DNA of 64,000 nt from assembly GCA_963755715.1 (NCBI GenBank), contig CAVWLW010000052.1:1-64000 (forward strand), in the 5' to 3' direction. Source of the stretch: an uncultured delta proteobacterium. GTDB taxonomy: Bacteria; Desulfobacterota; Binatia; UBA9968. The notes under the pieces were generated by a model. That model saw only the letters and a program-made list of their open reading frames with translations. It did not search any database and was not told where the DNA came from. Both the position numbers and the translations under genes were made by a program. Below are positions 40,192 through 50,784 of this stretch, piece after piece. The first letter of the stretch is position 1. Each line of letters begins with the position of its first letter.

Positions 40192-41943
40192 ATGTCTGAG
40201 AAATTCACGAAAACCATTCCGGTTTCGAGCGGCGCCGAAGCTTTTCTGGCGCAGATGAAGGAGCTTGGTTCGGTGCGCTACATGTTTGCCAATACCGGCA
40301 CCGATCACGGCCCGCTGATCGAGGCGATGGCGCGGACCGCGAAAGAAGATCCTCGTGATATTCAGCCAATTGTCGTGCCGCACGAGCAGGCGGCAGTTTC
40401 GATGGCGCATGGTTATTACAACGTGACGCAAAAACCGCAAATGGTTTTGGTGCATACTCTGCCCGGCACGGCTAACGCGCTCGGCGGCATCATCAATGCG
40501 GCATCGTGCAACGTGCCGCTGTTCCTGGTTGCCGGCAGAACGCCGATCACTGAGGGCGAGCTGCGCGGCGGCAAGAGCCAAAACATTCACTGGCGCCAGG
40601 AGTCGCGCGATCAGGGCAACATCGTGCGCGAGTTCGTCAAGTGGGACTATGAAGTGCGGACCAATCAAAATCTCGCCGCGGTGGTGTCGCGCGCCTACAA
40701 GATCAGCATGAGCGAGCCACGCGGGCCGGTTTACATGACCTTGCCGCGGGAGTGGCTGGCCGAAGCGATCGAGTCGACTCAGTTGTTGTCGCCCGACTCG
40801 TTGGCGCCCGCGAGTAAGACGCAAGCGGATCAGGCGTCGCTGGAGAAAGCGGCGGAATGGCTGATCGCCTCCGAGAGTCCGTTGATCGTCACCAAATATC
40901 TCGGCCGCAATCCCGAAGCGGTGCAGTACTTAATAGAGCTCGCCGAGTTGCTCGCGATTCCGGTGGTGCAGCAGCTGAGCTACGTGAATTTCCCGACGGA
41001 TCATCCGCTCAATCTCGGTACGCAAACGACCAAATACGTGCGTAAGTCCGATCTGCTGTTTTTCATCGACACCGACGTGCCATGGGAGCCGCCCAACCGC
41101 AACGTTCTGCGCGACGGGGTCAAGATCATTCACCTCGAACGCGATCCGATGTTCACGGGAATTCCCGGCTGGGGTTTCCCTGCCGATCTGCCGGTGACGG
41201 GATGCTCGGAAGTGTCGTTGCCGGTTCTTATCGGAATCATCAGAACGAAGCTGGCGGCGGGCGCGGTGGTCGAAAGTAAAATCGAAGAGCGGCGGAAAAA
41301 GACCGAAGCGGAGCACAAGGAAATGATCCGCGAGATGGACGCGAACGTAGCTGCGGTGAAAAGCCAAAAGCCGATCAATCCGATCTGGTTATCACACTGC
41401 ATCGGCGAAGCGATGGACGACAAGACAATCATCGCCAACGAGACGGTTACTTCGAAGCTTGCCGACGTTATTCACTTGAACCGCCCGGGTTCGATGTTCA
41501 ACACGCCGCTCGCAGGTCATCTCGGCTGGGGACTGGGCGCGGCCATCGGCATGAAGCTCGGCGCGCCGGATGCGACGGTGATCGCCGCCGAAGGCGACGG
41601 CTCCTATATGTTTTGCGCGCCGACGGCCTGTCACTTCACGGCGCAGAAATATCAGATCCCGTTTTTGACCGTCATCTACAACAATCAGGTGTGGAACGCG
41701 AGTTTCAATGCTGCCCGCGGCTTATATCCGGAAGGCGTCGCGGCGCGCACGCGCAACTTTCCTGGCACAGACTTGAGCCCATCGCCGAATTTCGAGCTCA
41801 CGGCTCAAGCTTGCGGCGCTTACGCTGCGCGGGTCGAGGAGCCCGGCGAGTTGCCGGATGCGATTGCCAAGGCACTCAAAGTCGTCAAGGAAGAGGGACG
41901 GCAGGCGCTGCTGAATGTGGTTTGTCGGAATCCGCTGGCGTAG
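40192..41943 (+). CDS. Thiamine diphosphate-dependent enzyme (benzoylformate decarboxylase / acetolactate synthase-like)
   Basis: PHEQAAVSMAHGY, GPVY, LGWGLGAAIG, GDGSY...NN. Confidence 0.9.
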   Translation: MSEKFTKTIPVSSGAEAFLAQMKELGSVRYMFANTGTDHGPLIEAMARTAKEDPRDIQPIVVPHEQAAVSMAHGYYNVTQKPQMVLVHTLPGTANALGGIINAASCNVPLFLVAGRTPITEGELRGGKSQNIHWRQESRDQGNIVREFVKWDYEVRTNQNLAAVVSRAYKISMSEPRGPVYMTLPREWLAEAIESTQLLSPDSLAPASKTQADQASLEKAAEWLIASESPLIVTKYLGRNPEAVQYLIELAELLAIPVVQQLSYVNFPTDHPLNLGTQTTKYVRKSDLLFFIDTDVPWEPPNRNVLRDGVKIIHLERDPMFTGIPGWGFPADLPVTGCSEVSLPVLIGIIRTKLAAGAVVESKIEERRKKTEAEHKEMIREMDANVAAVKSQKPINPIWLSHCIGEAMDDKTIIANETVTSKLADVIHLNRPGSMFNTPLAGHLGWGLGAAIGMKLGAPDATVIAAEGDGSYMFCAPTACHFTAQKYQIPFLTVIYNNQVWNASFNAARGLYPEGVAARTRNFPGTDLSPSPNFELTAQACGAYAARVEEPGELPDAIAKALKVVKEEGRQALLNVVCRNPLA

Positions 41944-42056
41944 GCGGGAATTGGAGTGATGGAGTGGTGGAGTAATGGAGCGATGGGTGGGAGTGGGACT
42001 CCGGACTTTGACCGCAGAGAATGCAAAGCTATGGATTGATGTTTTCCGAGCTTGTG

Positions 42057-43055
42057 ATGCGCCGACTAAACGTAATCGTAATCGCGCTCGTTGCCGTGTT
42101 CGCTCCGAGCCGCAGTCATGGCGCGGACAAGCTCATCGGTCTTCACTCCGCGCCTGCGGTTTCGCAATCGCTGCCTTGGATCGCTCGCGAGGCCGGCGCT
42201 TTTAAAAAACACAATCTTGACTTCGATCTGGTCTATGTTCAGGCGGCGGCAGCCGCAGCCGCTGCTTTGATCGGCGGCGACGCGGAAATCGGCCTCACCG
42301 GCGGCATCGCCATCGTGCGCGCCTACCTTCAGGGGATTCAGGATTTTGTTTTCATCGGCGCCAACAAAAACATTCTCACGCACAGCATCGTCGCGCGCCC
42401 GGAGATCAAGCGGCCGCAGGACCTCAAGGGAAAACGGCTCGGCGTGTTTCGGTTCGGCAGCAACAATCATTACTTTGCGCTGCAGACGCTGCCGCGCTAC
42501 GGACTCGATCCCAACCGCGACGTCATTCTCCGGCAGACCACCGGAGGCGTGGGCGACGTGGCCGCATTAGTGAATGGCTCGCTGGACGCTTCGGTCATGT
42601 TGACCTACGGCGAGAGCGCGGTCGCGCAGGGATTTCACTATCTGATTTACGGCCCCGACGCTCGCGTGCCTTACGCCGCCGCGGTCTTCGTCACGCGCCA
42701 AGCGGTCCTAAAGCGCCGCCCGCAAGTCATTGCCCAGTTCATGCGCGCCATGGCGGAAGCGGCAAAAATATTCCACACCGATCGCGCATTCACTTACAAG
42801 GTGCTGGCGAAGTATTTGCGCATCGATGACCCGAAAATCGTCGATGCGGTGTACAGGTACGAAGTCAAAGCGCTGGAGCCGCGATTGGAACTAAAAGCCG
42901 AGGCGATTCAGGCAATTCTCGACGAAGTATCGGCTAGCGATCCGCGCGCCAAAAACGTCAGCGCGCAGCAGCTGATCGATCGTCATTATTTGGATGAGAT
43001 GGACAAGAGTGGTTTCTATGAGAGTTTGTGGGGAAAAGTGAAGGATAAAGGATGA
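42057..43055 (+). CDS. SsuA/NMT1-type ABC substrate-binding protein
   Basis: LPWIAREAG, DLKGKRLGVFRFGS, EMDKSGF. Confidence 0.88.
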   Translation: MRRLNVIVIALVAVFAPSRSHGADKLIGLHSAPAVSQSLPWIAREAGAFKKHNLDFDLVYVQAAAAAAAALIGGDAEIGLTGGIAIVRAYLQGIQDFVFIGANKNILTHSIVARPEIKRPQDLKGKRLGVFRFGSNNHYFALQTLPRYGLDPNRDVILRQTTGGVGDVAALVNGSLDASVMLTYGESAVAQGFHYLIYGPDARVPYAAAVFVTRQAVLKRRPQVIAQFMRAMAEAAKIFHTDRAFTYKVLAKYLRIDDPKIVDAVYRYEVKALEPRLELKAEAIQAILDEVSASDPRAKNVSAQQLIDRHYLDEMDKSGFYESLWGKVKDKG

Positions 43056-43121
43056 AGGCGGAAGGATGAATTTCATTTCTCGGATTGATCTTTATCCTTC
43101 ATCCTTTCGCCCCTATCCTTT
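43037..43121. repeat. Heptamer tandem repeats in inverted arrangement
   Basis: (AGGATAA/AGGATGA)n ... (TTATCCT/TCATCCT)n. Confidence 0.75.
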
Positions 43122-43139
43122 TCGAAAGGAGATCTAGAG

Positions 43140-44926
43140 ATGGCCGAAACTATTTCTCATGACGCCCGTTGGAGCGAATATCCCGGAGACGATTGGTCGG
43201 ATGCGCTGGTGCAGTCGATGAAGCTTGGCGGCATCGATCATTTATTTTTTGTCTCCGGTTCGGAGATCGCTTTTTGGCAGGAGAGCATCGCGAAAGCGAA
43301 TGAGAGAGGCTGGCCGGCGCCGAAATTGATTACGGTGACCCACGAAGCTGTGGCGCTCAACGCCGCGCTCGGCACCGCGATGGTGCGCAATCAACCCGCC
43401 GCCACCGCAGTTCACGTTGACGTCGGCACGCTCAATTACGGCGGCGCGATTCATACCGCCTGGCGCGGCAACTATCCGGTTCTGATCACCGCGGGCACCG
43501 GGCCGCGCGCTTATCCCGGCTCGATGATCGGCGCGCGCAATAGCCCGGTCCAGTGGGTGCAGGAGCCGCGCGATCAGGGCGGCATCGTCCGGCAATATAC
43601 CAAAGTCGATCATCGCCTGGAGCACCAGGACAATCCCGGCATGATGATCAGCCGGCTCTTGCAGATCGCGATGAGCGAACCCAAGGGTCCGGCCTATCTC
43701 ACCGTCCCGCGTGAAACCGCGATGCTGAAGCTGCCCGGCAAAACTTATTTTCCGACTCGCGACGAGCTCGGCATCGCGCGGCCGGCCTGGCCCGATCCGA
43801 GCGACGCACGGCGCGCCGCCCAGTGGCTCATCGAAGCGCGCAATCCCGGCATTTACTCAGCGACCGCGGGACGCAATCCTGAAGCAGTGGCGGAAGTCGT
43901 CCGGCTTGCTGAATTGTTCGCGCATTACCGGTGCTCGACATGGACCGTTTGAATCGGCTGAATTTTCCCACCACGCATGCGCTCTACGGCACCGGGCCAG
44001 AGCCCAAAGACGCCGATGCTTTGCTCATGCTGGAACCGCTGGTGCCGTACATTACGCCGGCCGCGGCGCCGAAGGCGGGCAGCAAGACCATCTGGGTCGA
44101 TAGCGATCCAGTGTTGACCAATTACAAGACAATGGAGTTTCAGGCCGATCTCTGGTTGCCGGTGACTGTGGCTGCCGCAGCGCGGGCAATCTATGACGCC
44201 GCCACGGCGCTTTTGTCGAAGAGCGACATGAGCCGCATCGCCGAGCGGCGCGAGCGCTTGGAAGCGCGCAAGCGCGAGCTCGCAGCGGAGAGCGAACGAT
44301 TAGGCCAAGAGTCCGGGCGACGCCGGCCTATGCATCCGCGCTGGGTCGGCTATCAATTAGGAAAGATTCTCGAGCCCGAAGCGATCGTGCTCGACGATGC
44401 GATCAGCAATTCCGACTACGTTTGCGCTCATCACAATCGGTCGCAGGCCGGAACTTATTTTGCCAGCGGCGGCTCATCGGGCGGTTGGGGCGCGGGCGCG
44501 GCGTTGGGCGCTAAATTGGCCGCGCCGGACCGCGACGTGGTTCTTGCCACCGGCGACGGTTATTTCATGTTCGGCACGCCGCTGCCGGCGCTCTGGTCGG
44601 CCGAGCACTACAAGGCCCCGTTCTTGACCGTGGTCTTCGTCAACCGTTCCTACACGACCGGCACCAACGGATTGAAACGTACCTATCCCAGCGGCGTCGC
44701 CGTGCGCACCGAAAACTACGAAGGCGGAGTTTTCGATCCGCCGCCTGATTTTGCCAAGCTCGCAGAAGCCGGCAATTGCTATGGGCAAACCGTGCGCGAG
44801 CCCGAAGAAGTCGGTCCCGCGCTCAAGCGCGGGCTGGAGCAGGTGCGCAAAGGCACGCCGGCGGTGGTTGCAGCATACTTGCCGACGCTGGTGGAGGAGA
44901 TGAGTTTTGCGCAGCGAAAGTTATGA
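43140..44926 (+). CDS. Second thiamine diphosphate-dependent enzyme (frameshift near 43925)
   Basis: THEAVALNAALG, EPKGPAY, GWGAGAALGAKLA, TGDGYF; two overlapping ORFs. Confidence 0.88.
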
Positions 44927-44937
44927 AACTCTTCCGG

Positions 44938-44977
44938 GTTCAAAAAGTTCAAGACGTTCAAGTCGTTCAAACCGTTA
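44938..44977. repeat. 9-nt tandem repeat (GTTCAA core, about 4 copies)
   Basis: GTTCAAAAA GTTCAAGAC GTTCAAGTC GTTCAAACC GTT. Confidence 0.75.
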
Positions 44978-45013
44978 ATCGAAAGTAAAAGGATTGAGAA
45001 GAAAGAATTACCT

Positions 45014-45724
45014 ATGCAGACAAATCATGAGCAAATTAGCGTAGACAATAGCAGGATGAATCTGTTCGTCGCTCGGCCGGAGGGTGACAAGCCCGTGCCG
45101 GCAGTCGTCGTGATCCAGCACCAATACGGCGTCGATCAGTTCATGGAGGAGATGACTGCGCGCACGGCGGCGGAGGGATATTTCGCGGTGACGCCGGATC
45201 TCTATCATCGTGACGGGCCGGATTGCAAAGACGATGGGCCGACGCGGCGTGGAAGAGCGCGCGATGTGAACATCATCAAAGATGTCGGCGCGACAGTGAA
45301 TTATCTCAAGGCGAGCAAATTCGTCGACGCCGGCCGTATCGGCATTCTTGGATTTTGCATGGGCGGGCGGGTCGCGTACTTGATGGCCGCCGCCAGCAAA
45401 GATTTCAAAGCCGCGATCACCTGGTACGGTGGCAGTTGCTTTCGCCAGTGGGGCGACGGGCCGACACCCTTCGAGCGCACGGCTCAAATCAACTGCCCGA
45501 TCCAAGGCCATTTCGGCGCAACCGATCAGAATCCAACATTAGAGGACATGGCGAAGCTCGACGCCGAGTTGACCAAGCATGGCAAAGCTCACGAATTTTA
45601 CGTTTACAAGGACACCGGACACTCGTTTATGGACCCGCACCATCCGGAAAAATATGTCGCGGAATCCGATCGCCTGTCGTGGCACCGGGGGATGGAGTTT
45701 TTGAAGAAACATTTGGCGGCGTGA
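45014..45724 (+). CDS. Dienelactone hydrolase family protein
   Basis: PAVVVIQ, PDLY, GFCMGG, GHSF. Confidence 0.92.
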   Translation: MQTNHEQISVDNSRMNLFVARPEGDKPVPAVVVIQHQYGVDQFMEEMTARTAAEGYFAVTPDLYHRDGPDCKDDGPTRRGRARDVNIIKDVGATVNYLKASKFVDAGRIGILGFCMGGRVAYLMAAASKDFKAAITWYGGSCFRQWGDGPTPFERTAQINCPIQGHFGATDQNPTLEDMAKLDAELTKHGKAHEFYVYKDTGHSFMDPHHPEKYVAESDRLSWHRGMEFLKKHLAA

Positions 45725-45961
45725 ACCGGATTTATCTCGCGCAAAGACGCAAAGTTCGCAAAGTTCGGAGATTGAGGGTGAAAATCATTTATAAGAGTTT
45801 TTGTCCTTTCCCCATAACCTTGGCCCTTGCGCCTTGGCGGGAGAATTCCGATCCGAATTTTGATATAGTAATACGAAGTTCGGAAATGAAATCTTTACTT
45901 CGTGATCTTCGTGTCCTTCGTGGTGCAACAAAATGAGGCATTAAAAAGAGGAGCTTCAACG

Positions 45962-46951
45962 ATGGCAGCTAAACCGAAAATTACCTTCAGCACCAACCCC
46001 AACCCGCGCAACCGCGCGCTGATCGACGGACTTATTCCAATCGACGGCTACGATCTCGAATATGTCGGTGACAAATATTCCGCCGGGGAGATCCATTACC
46101 GTTTCGTGCAGGGTGAGTTCGATGTCGCTGAGATGTCGACGGCGACGCTGATGCGCGCCAAGGAAAAGGGCAAGCGCTTTTTGGCTTTGCCAGTATTCTT
46201 CCAGCGCGGGCCCCGCCAAAGAAATATTTTTTACTGTGAAGGTAAGCTGAAACATCCGAGCGAGCTCAAAGGCAAACAGATCGGCGCCTTTCGCTATGGC
46301 GCGACCGCGGTCTCTTGGGCGCGAGGTTATCTGCTGGATGAACATGGTATCAAGACAACCGACGTGAGTTGGTTCGTATCCGGCAAAGAAGTCTTCATTG
46401 GCAATGAACTGCCGGTAAAAGTGGAGCGGCTCGATCCGCCGCCGCCGTTTGGACAAGAAAAGCCACATCTCGCCCGGCTTGTCGGCGAGGGAAAACTCGG
46501 CGTGGCGCTGGTCGCGGGTGATTCGGGATATCCGGCACTATTTGGCGGCGGCGTGCTGCCGGGTGTCATGGGCGAAGTCCCGGGCGTAAAGCCGCTCTTT
46601 GCAGATACAGACGAGATTATCCGCTATGTGAAACGGACGCAGATTTATCCGATCATTCACATTATGACGATCAAAGAAGAGACGGTGGAGAAGTACCCTG
46701 ATCTGGCGACGAAACTGATCGAAGCGTTTCGCGAAGCGAACCGGCTCGCGCCGAAATATTTTAAGAACGGCGATGCCGCCGGCTACGCCAAAGAGCGAGA
46801 GGTTCTGGGCTACGATCCCTATGCCTGTGTGCTAACCGACGCCGACAAAAAGAGTATCCAGGCCTTGAACCGCTATCAAATCGAACAGGGCTTGGTAAAA
46901 AAAGAGCTGCCGTTGGAGAGTTTATTCGTGAAAGAAGCGTTTAGAATGTGA
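45962..46951 (+). CDS. 4,5-dihydroxyphthalate decarboxylase-like protein
   Basis: RALIDG, EFDVAEMS, ALPVF, ELKGKQIG, WARGYL..EHG, IYPIIH. Confidence 0.7.
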   Translation: MAAKPKITFSTNPNPRNRALIDGLIPIDGYDLEYVGDKYSAGEIHYRFVQGEFDVAEMSTATLMRAKEKGKRFLALPVFFQRGPRQRNIFYCEGKLKHPSELKGKQIGAFRYGATAVSWARGYLLDEHGIKTTDVSWFVSGKEVFIGNELPVKVERLDPPPPFGQEKPHLARLVGEGKLGVALVAGDSGYPALFGGGVLPGVMGEVPGVKPLFADTDEIIRYVKRTQIYPIIHIMTIKEETVEKYPDLATKLIEAFREANRLAPKYFKNGDAAGYAKEREVLGYDPYACVLTDADKKSIQALNRYQIEQGLVKKELPLESLFVKEAFRM

Positions 46952-47023
46952 GGATTGGTTGGAGTAATGGGTTTGGCCCATAGTGCTGCCGATCATAACT
47001 TCGGCTAGGTTTCTCTCTAAGAC

Positions 47024-48878
47024 TCAGTCCGCCAGCGCGCGGATCTCGGCGTCGGCCCGGCGCAGACGCGCGGAAAGTTCCCGGCCGATATTGAAAATCA
47101 ATTTGCTTTCGATATTCGGATGATGCTTTGCCAACTCTTGCAGTTTGTCGATCGGCAGGACATAGCAGAGTGCCGGTTCATCGGCGATAGCGTCAGCGGA
47201 GCGCTTGCCGCCGTCTAAAAGCGCCAATTCACCGAATGCTACCCCGGGACTGATCGTGCTCAGTCGCTGACGCCGCGCCCGGTCCCTCAAGCTGAGGCAG
47301 ATGCTGACTCGTCCCGAGGCCAACAAATAGAGAGAATCGGCGCTATCGCCCTCGCGAATAATGATTTCACCGGCGTGATAGCGCTTCTCCAACAAAATCG
47401 TTTCAATCAATGCGATTTCGCTGGGGTCAAAGCCCTGCAGAATATCCATCGCTGGGAGCGATATTTGTCGACCGCCGCGTAGCCATTCCGGCTGTTCCTG
47501 CTGGAGCAACTGGTCTTCGCACCATTCAAGAGCGCCATCGATATCGGCGAAGCGCTCGTGGTTTATCGTCTCCCCCGAATTACCAAAATGCTCCGGGCAA
47601 TGGGTTAACAGGAGGATTTTTTGCTGCTGGTTTAGCATGGCGGCGGTTTGCGACAAGAGCGCCGCCGAACATTCGTCGGCTTGCAGCACACGCTTGAGAT
47701 CCAGAATCAGATACGAAAACGTTGCCATTTCTTCTGTGATCCGTCTCAATACTCGCTCCATTGTGCCGAAGAACAAGGGTTCCTTGAAGTTCAAAAACAC
47801 AGATCGTTGCGCCGCGCCGGTTTAGAATCTCATCCTCGCTGCTGCTACGTCGCCGCTTCGAGCGCATCGCGTTTCCCCGATAGCTGCAGCGCACAACAAC
47901 GCCAGCGGCGGATCGGCTTTTTAACATATGCAGCTTAAAGCGCTCGGATAACTCTTCGCACACCCGGATGCCGCGCCAGCTATTTCCTTGATCATCTAAA
48001 GGCGCGGAAAACGTGCCGACGCCGAATTGGCCCGGAAGCACGGCCAGGATGCCTCCGCCCACGCCGCTTTTAGCGGGCAGACCGATGCGGTAACTCCATT
48101 CCCCGGCATAATCGTACATGCCGCAACTGTGCATGATGCTGAGGACGTTCTGGACGTAGCGCTCGTCGAGAGCGCATTGGCCGGTCAGCGGGTTGATGCC
48201 ATTATTGGCCAGGGTTGCAGCCATGACCGCGAGGTCGCGGGCGCTAACCAGGATCGAACATTGCTCGAAATAGAGATCGAGGTGCTCGTTGACCGGCTCT
48301 TCGATCATGCCGAAATTGAGCTCCAGATAACCGATCGCGCGGTTGCGGTGACCGGTCGCTCGCTCGGAAATGTAGACGCCATGATCGATCTCGAGAGAGC
48401 GGCCGGCTAGATCGGAAAACTTGCCGAGCAGCCGGGCCAGGCGCTGATCGTGGCCCTTGCCCTTGATCAGAGCCGTCGTGGCGATGGCGCCGGCGTTGAC
48501 CATCGGATTAAACGGCCGGTTATGGCGCTCGTCGAGAACGATCGAATTGAACGCTTCGCCGCTCGGTTCGACGCCCACTTTGCTGAGGACATGGTCGACG
48601 CCATGATCTTCAAGCGCAAAGCCGTAAACAAACGGTTTCGAGATCGACTGCATCGTAAATAGATGGTTCGCGTCCCCGATCTCGTAAACCTGGCCGTCGG
48701 CGGTCACCAGCGCGACACCGAAGAGGCTCGGATCAGCCTTAGCCAACTCCGGGATATAGGTTGCGACGTTGCCGCTGAAATCGTCTCGATATTTTGCGTG
48801 AATTTCTTTAAGCGACGCGTGGATCGGCGAGAGATCGATATTTCGGCATCCCAGGTCGGGTGTTTTTCGCGGTTGCAT
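47024..48878 (-). CDS. glsA: Glutaminase A fused to STAS and cyclic-nucleotide-binding domains (frameshift near 47780)
   Basis: ATYIPELA, QSISKPF, GVEPSGEAFN, NPMVNAGAI, CGMYD, AKSGVGGG; then ELQG..LFFG..LDLKRV (STAS) and FGELALLDGGKRSAD (cNMP). Confidence 0.92.
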
Positions 48879-49218
48879 TTGTTCGCGGTCGATCACTGCG
48901 GAGGGTCGCCGACCGACTAAAAAGGCGCAGTCGCAAACCGTCGGCCAAAGCTCCGCCCGATAAAGCACTCCGCATGCCAGCGATATGCGTCGTTCGTCTC
49001 GACTTTAGAAACGACAAATTGCTCGTGATTGCTAAGGACGGCGGGCGTGAATACGGATGCGGCTCTTTCTATTGTATAATACTTAAGCAGCACTGGCGTC
49101 GATTTGGGCAGACGACCTAGCACCAATCCTCGACGGGAAAATGCGACTCGCGGAAGCCTGGGAGCCTTTGGTTCGGCTGCCGTCGCAATCGCGTGCGGTG
49201 GCTAGACGAAGAGAATAG

Positions 49219-49575
49219 CTAGCGCGGTGAACGGATTTCCAATTCCAGGCCGTTTGGATCTTTGACGAAAATGGTGGTGAGCTTGCCCGTGTCGTCGCGA
49301 TTCTCGCGCAGGATCTCTGCGCCTTTCTGCTTAAATTCGCTGGCGACCTGATCGATCTCGTCGGTGACGTAGCCATAGTGATGGACGCCGACTGCGCCAG
49401 CCGATTCCATTAATTGGATCGACGGGGAGCCGGCGATTCTCACAAAACAGAAGCCGTAGCCGGCGCTGCCCTTGCGGATCGGTGTAGCATGGCCGCCAAA
49501 GAATTTTTCGTAGTATTTGATCGATTCCGCGATGTCTTTTGTGTAAATGGCGACATGCTCGAGTTGGTAATTCAT
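49219..49575 (-). CDS. VOC/glyoxalase family protein
   Basis: LEHVAIYT, HHYGY, FVKDPNGLELE. Confidence 0.9.
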   Translation of the reverse strand: MNYQLEHVAIYTKDIAESIKYYEKFFGGHATPIRKGSAGYGFCFVRIAGSPSIQLMESAGAVGVHHYGYVTDEIDQVASEFKQKGAEILRENRDDTGKLTTIFVKDPNGLELEIRSPR

Positions 49576-49617
49576 CGACAACCTCCGTTCATTCGGTCTA
49601 ATTGAAATTCGTCAACC

Positions 49618-50703
49618 CTAGCTCAGATTGATGACGGCTTTCACCACCGAGTAGCTTGCCATCGCTGCCATCGCCTCGTTGATCTGATCCAAGGTATAGC
49701 TTTTGCTGATCATTTCCTCGAACGGGAAAGTTTTCCGACGGGTGGCAAGAAAGTCGATGGCTTGGAGCCAATGGCGCGGCTCGGCGGAGCGCACCGTGAT
49801 GAAGAGCATTTCCTGCGGGATCTTTTCTACCGCGATGTTCGCTTTGCCGCCGGCGCCGATATTTAGATAGCGACCGCCGCCGCGCAGCAGGGTGAGCCCT
49901 TCGGGCACCGCCATATTGTTGGCGACTTGAATCACGATATCGGCGCCGCGTCCGTCGGTGTGATCGCGCACCCACTGGCGCCGCTGCTTTTCCTCGGTGA
50001 CTTCCTCGAGATTTAGCACCGCATCGGCGCCCATCCGTTTCGTGACTTCCAATCGGTTGGCGGGCGCGCCAATCACGAGAACTTTCTTGGCGCCGTGATC
50101 GCGCGCGACGGCGGTGGCGAAGTTGCCGAGCGGGCCACTGCCTTGTATGACTACCGTCTCGTGACTCTTGATCGCGCCCAAGCGGTCGAAGCCATGCATC
50201 ACCGTACGGTACGCGCACGCCGAAGCCGCCGCCGAAGCAGAGGTGACGTCGTCGGGAACCTTGATAATGAGACATTCCTTGGGCACGTACATGTACTCCG
50301 CGCAACTGCCGAGGAGATAAGGGTGCTCGTCGCTGCGATTATGCCCCCAGGACGCGCGTCCGGGACAAATGCATGGCTGTAAAGCCACGGCGCAGTAGTA
50401 GCAAGAGCCGCAGGCGACGTAACTCCAGACGATGCGGTCGCCGCGCTTGACTGCACTACCAAGAATATCGGTGCGCTCTCCGGCGATATCTTCGACAAAT
50501 CCGCAGGGCTCATGGCCGGTCACGATCGGTAAGGAGTCACCGTCACTCAGCGGCCCATGCCAGCGGTGCACGTCGGTGCCGCATAGCGTCGAGGCCGTGA
50601 TTTTTACCAGTAGAGAACCCGGATCGAGTTTGGGAATCGGCACTTGCTGGATGGTCAGCGGTTTGTTGTGTTCGGTGATGACGGCGGCGCGACACGTATC
50701 CAT
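49618..50703 (-). CDS. Zinc-binding MDR alcohol dehydrogenase
   Basis: LCGTDVH, GHE, CGSCYYC...C, IQGSGPLG. Confidence 0.92.
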   Translation of the reverse strand: MDTCRAAVITEHNKPLTIQQVPIPKLDPGSLLVKITASTLCGTDVHRWHGPLSDGDSLPIVTGHEPCGFVEDIAGERTDILGSAVKRGDRIVWSYVACGSCYYCAVALQPCICPGRASWGHNRSDEHPYLLGSCAEYMYVPKECLIIKVPDDVTSASAAASACAYRTVMHGFDRLGAIKSHETVVIQGSGPLGNFATAVARDHGAKKVLVIGAPANRLEVTKRMGADAVLNLEEVTEEKQRRQWVRDHTDGRGADIVIQVANNMAVPEGLTLLRGGGRYLNIGAGGKANIAVEKIPQEMLFITVRSAEPRHWLQAIDFLATRRKTFPFEEMISKSYTLDQINEAMAAMASYSVVKAVINLS

Positions 50704-50784
50704 ATTTGTTCCTCTTGGTGGCTTTCGATTTTCGACGGCTCGAACAGTTTGAACGGATTGTATAGTCTGAACTATCAGCTTTTG

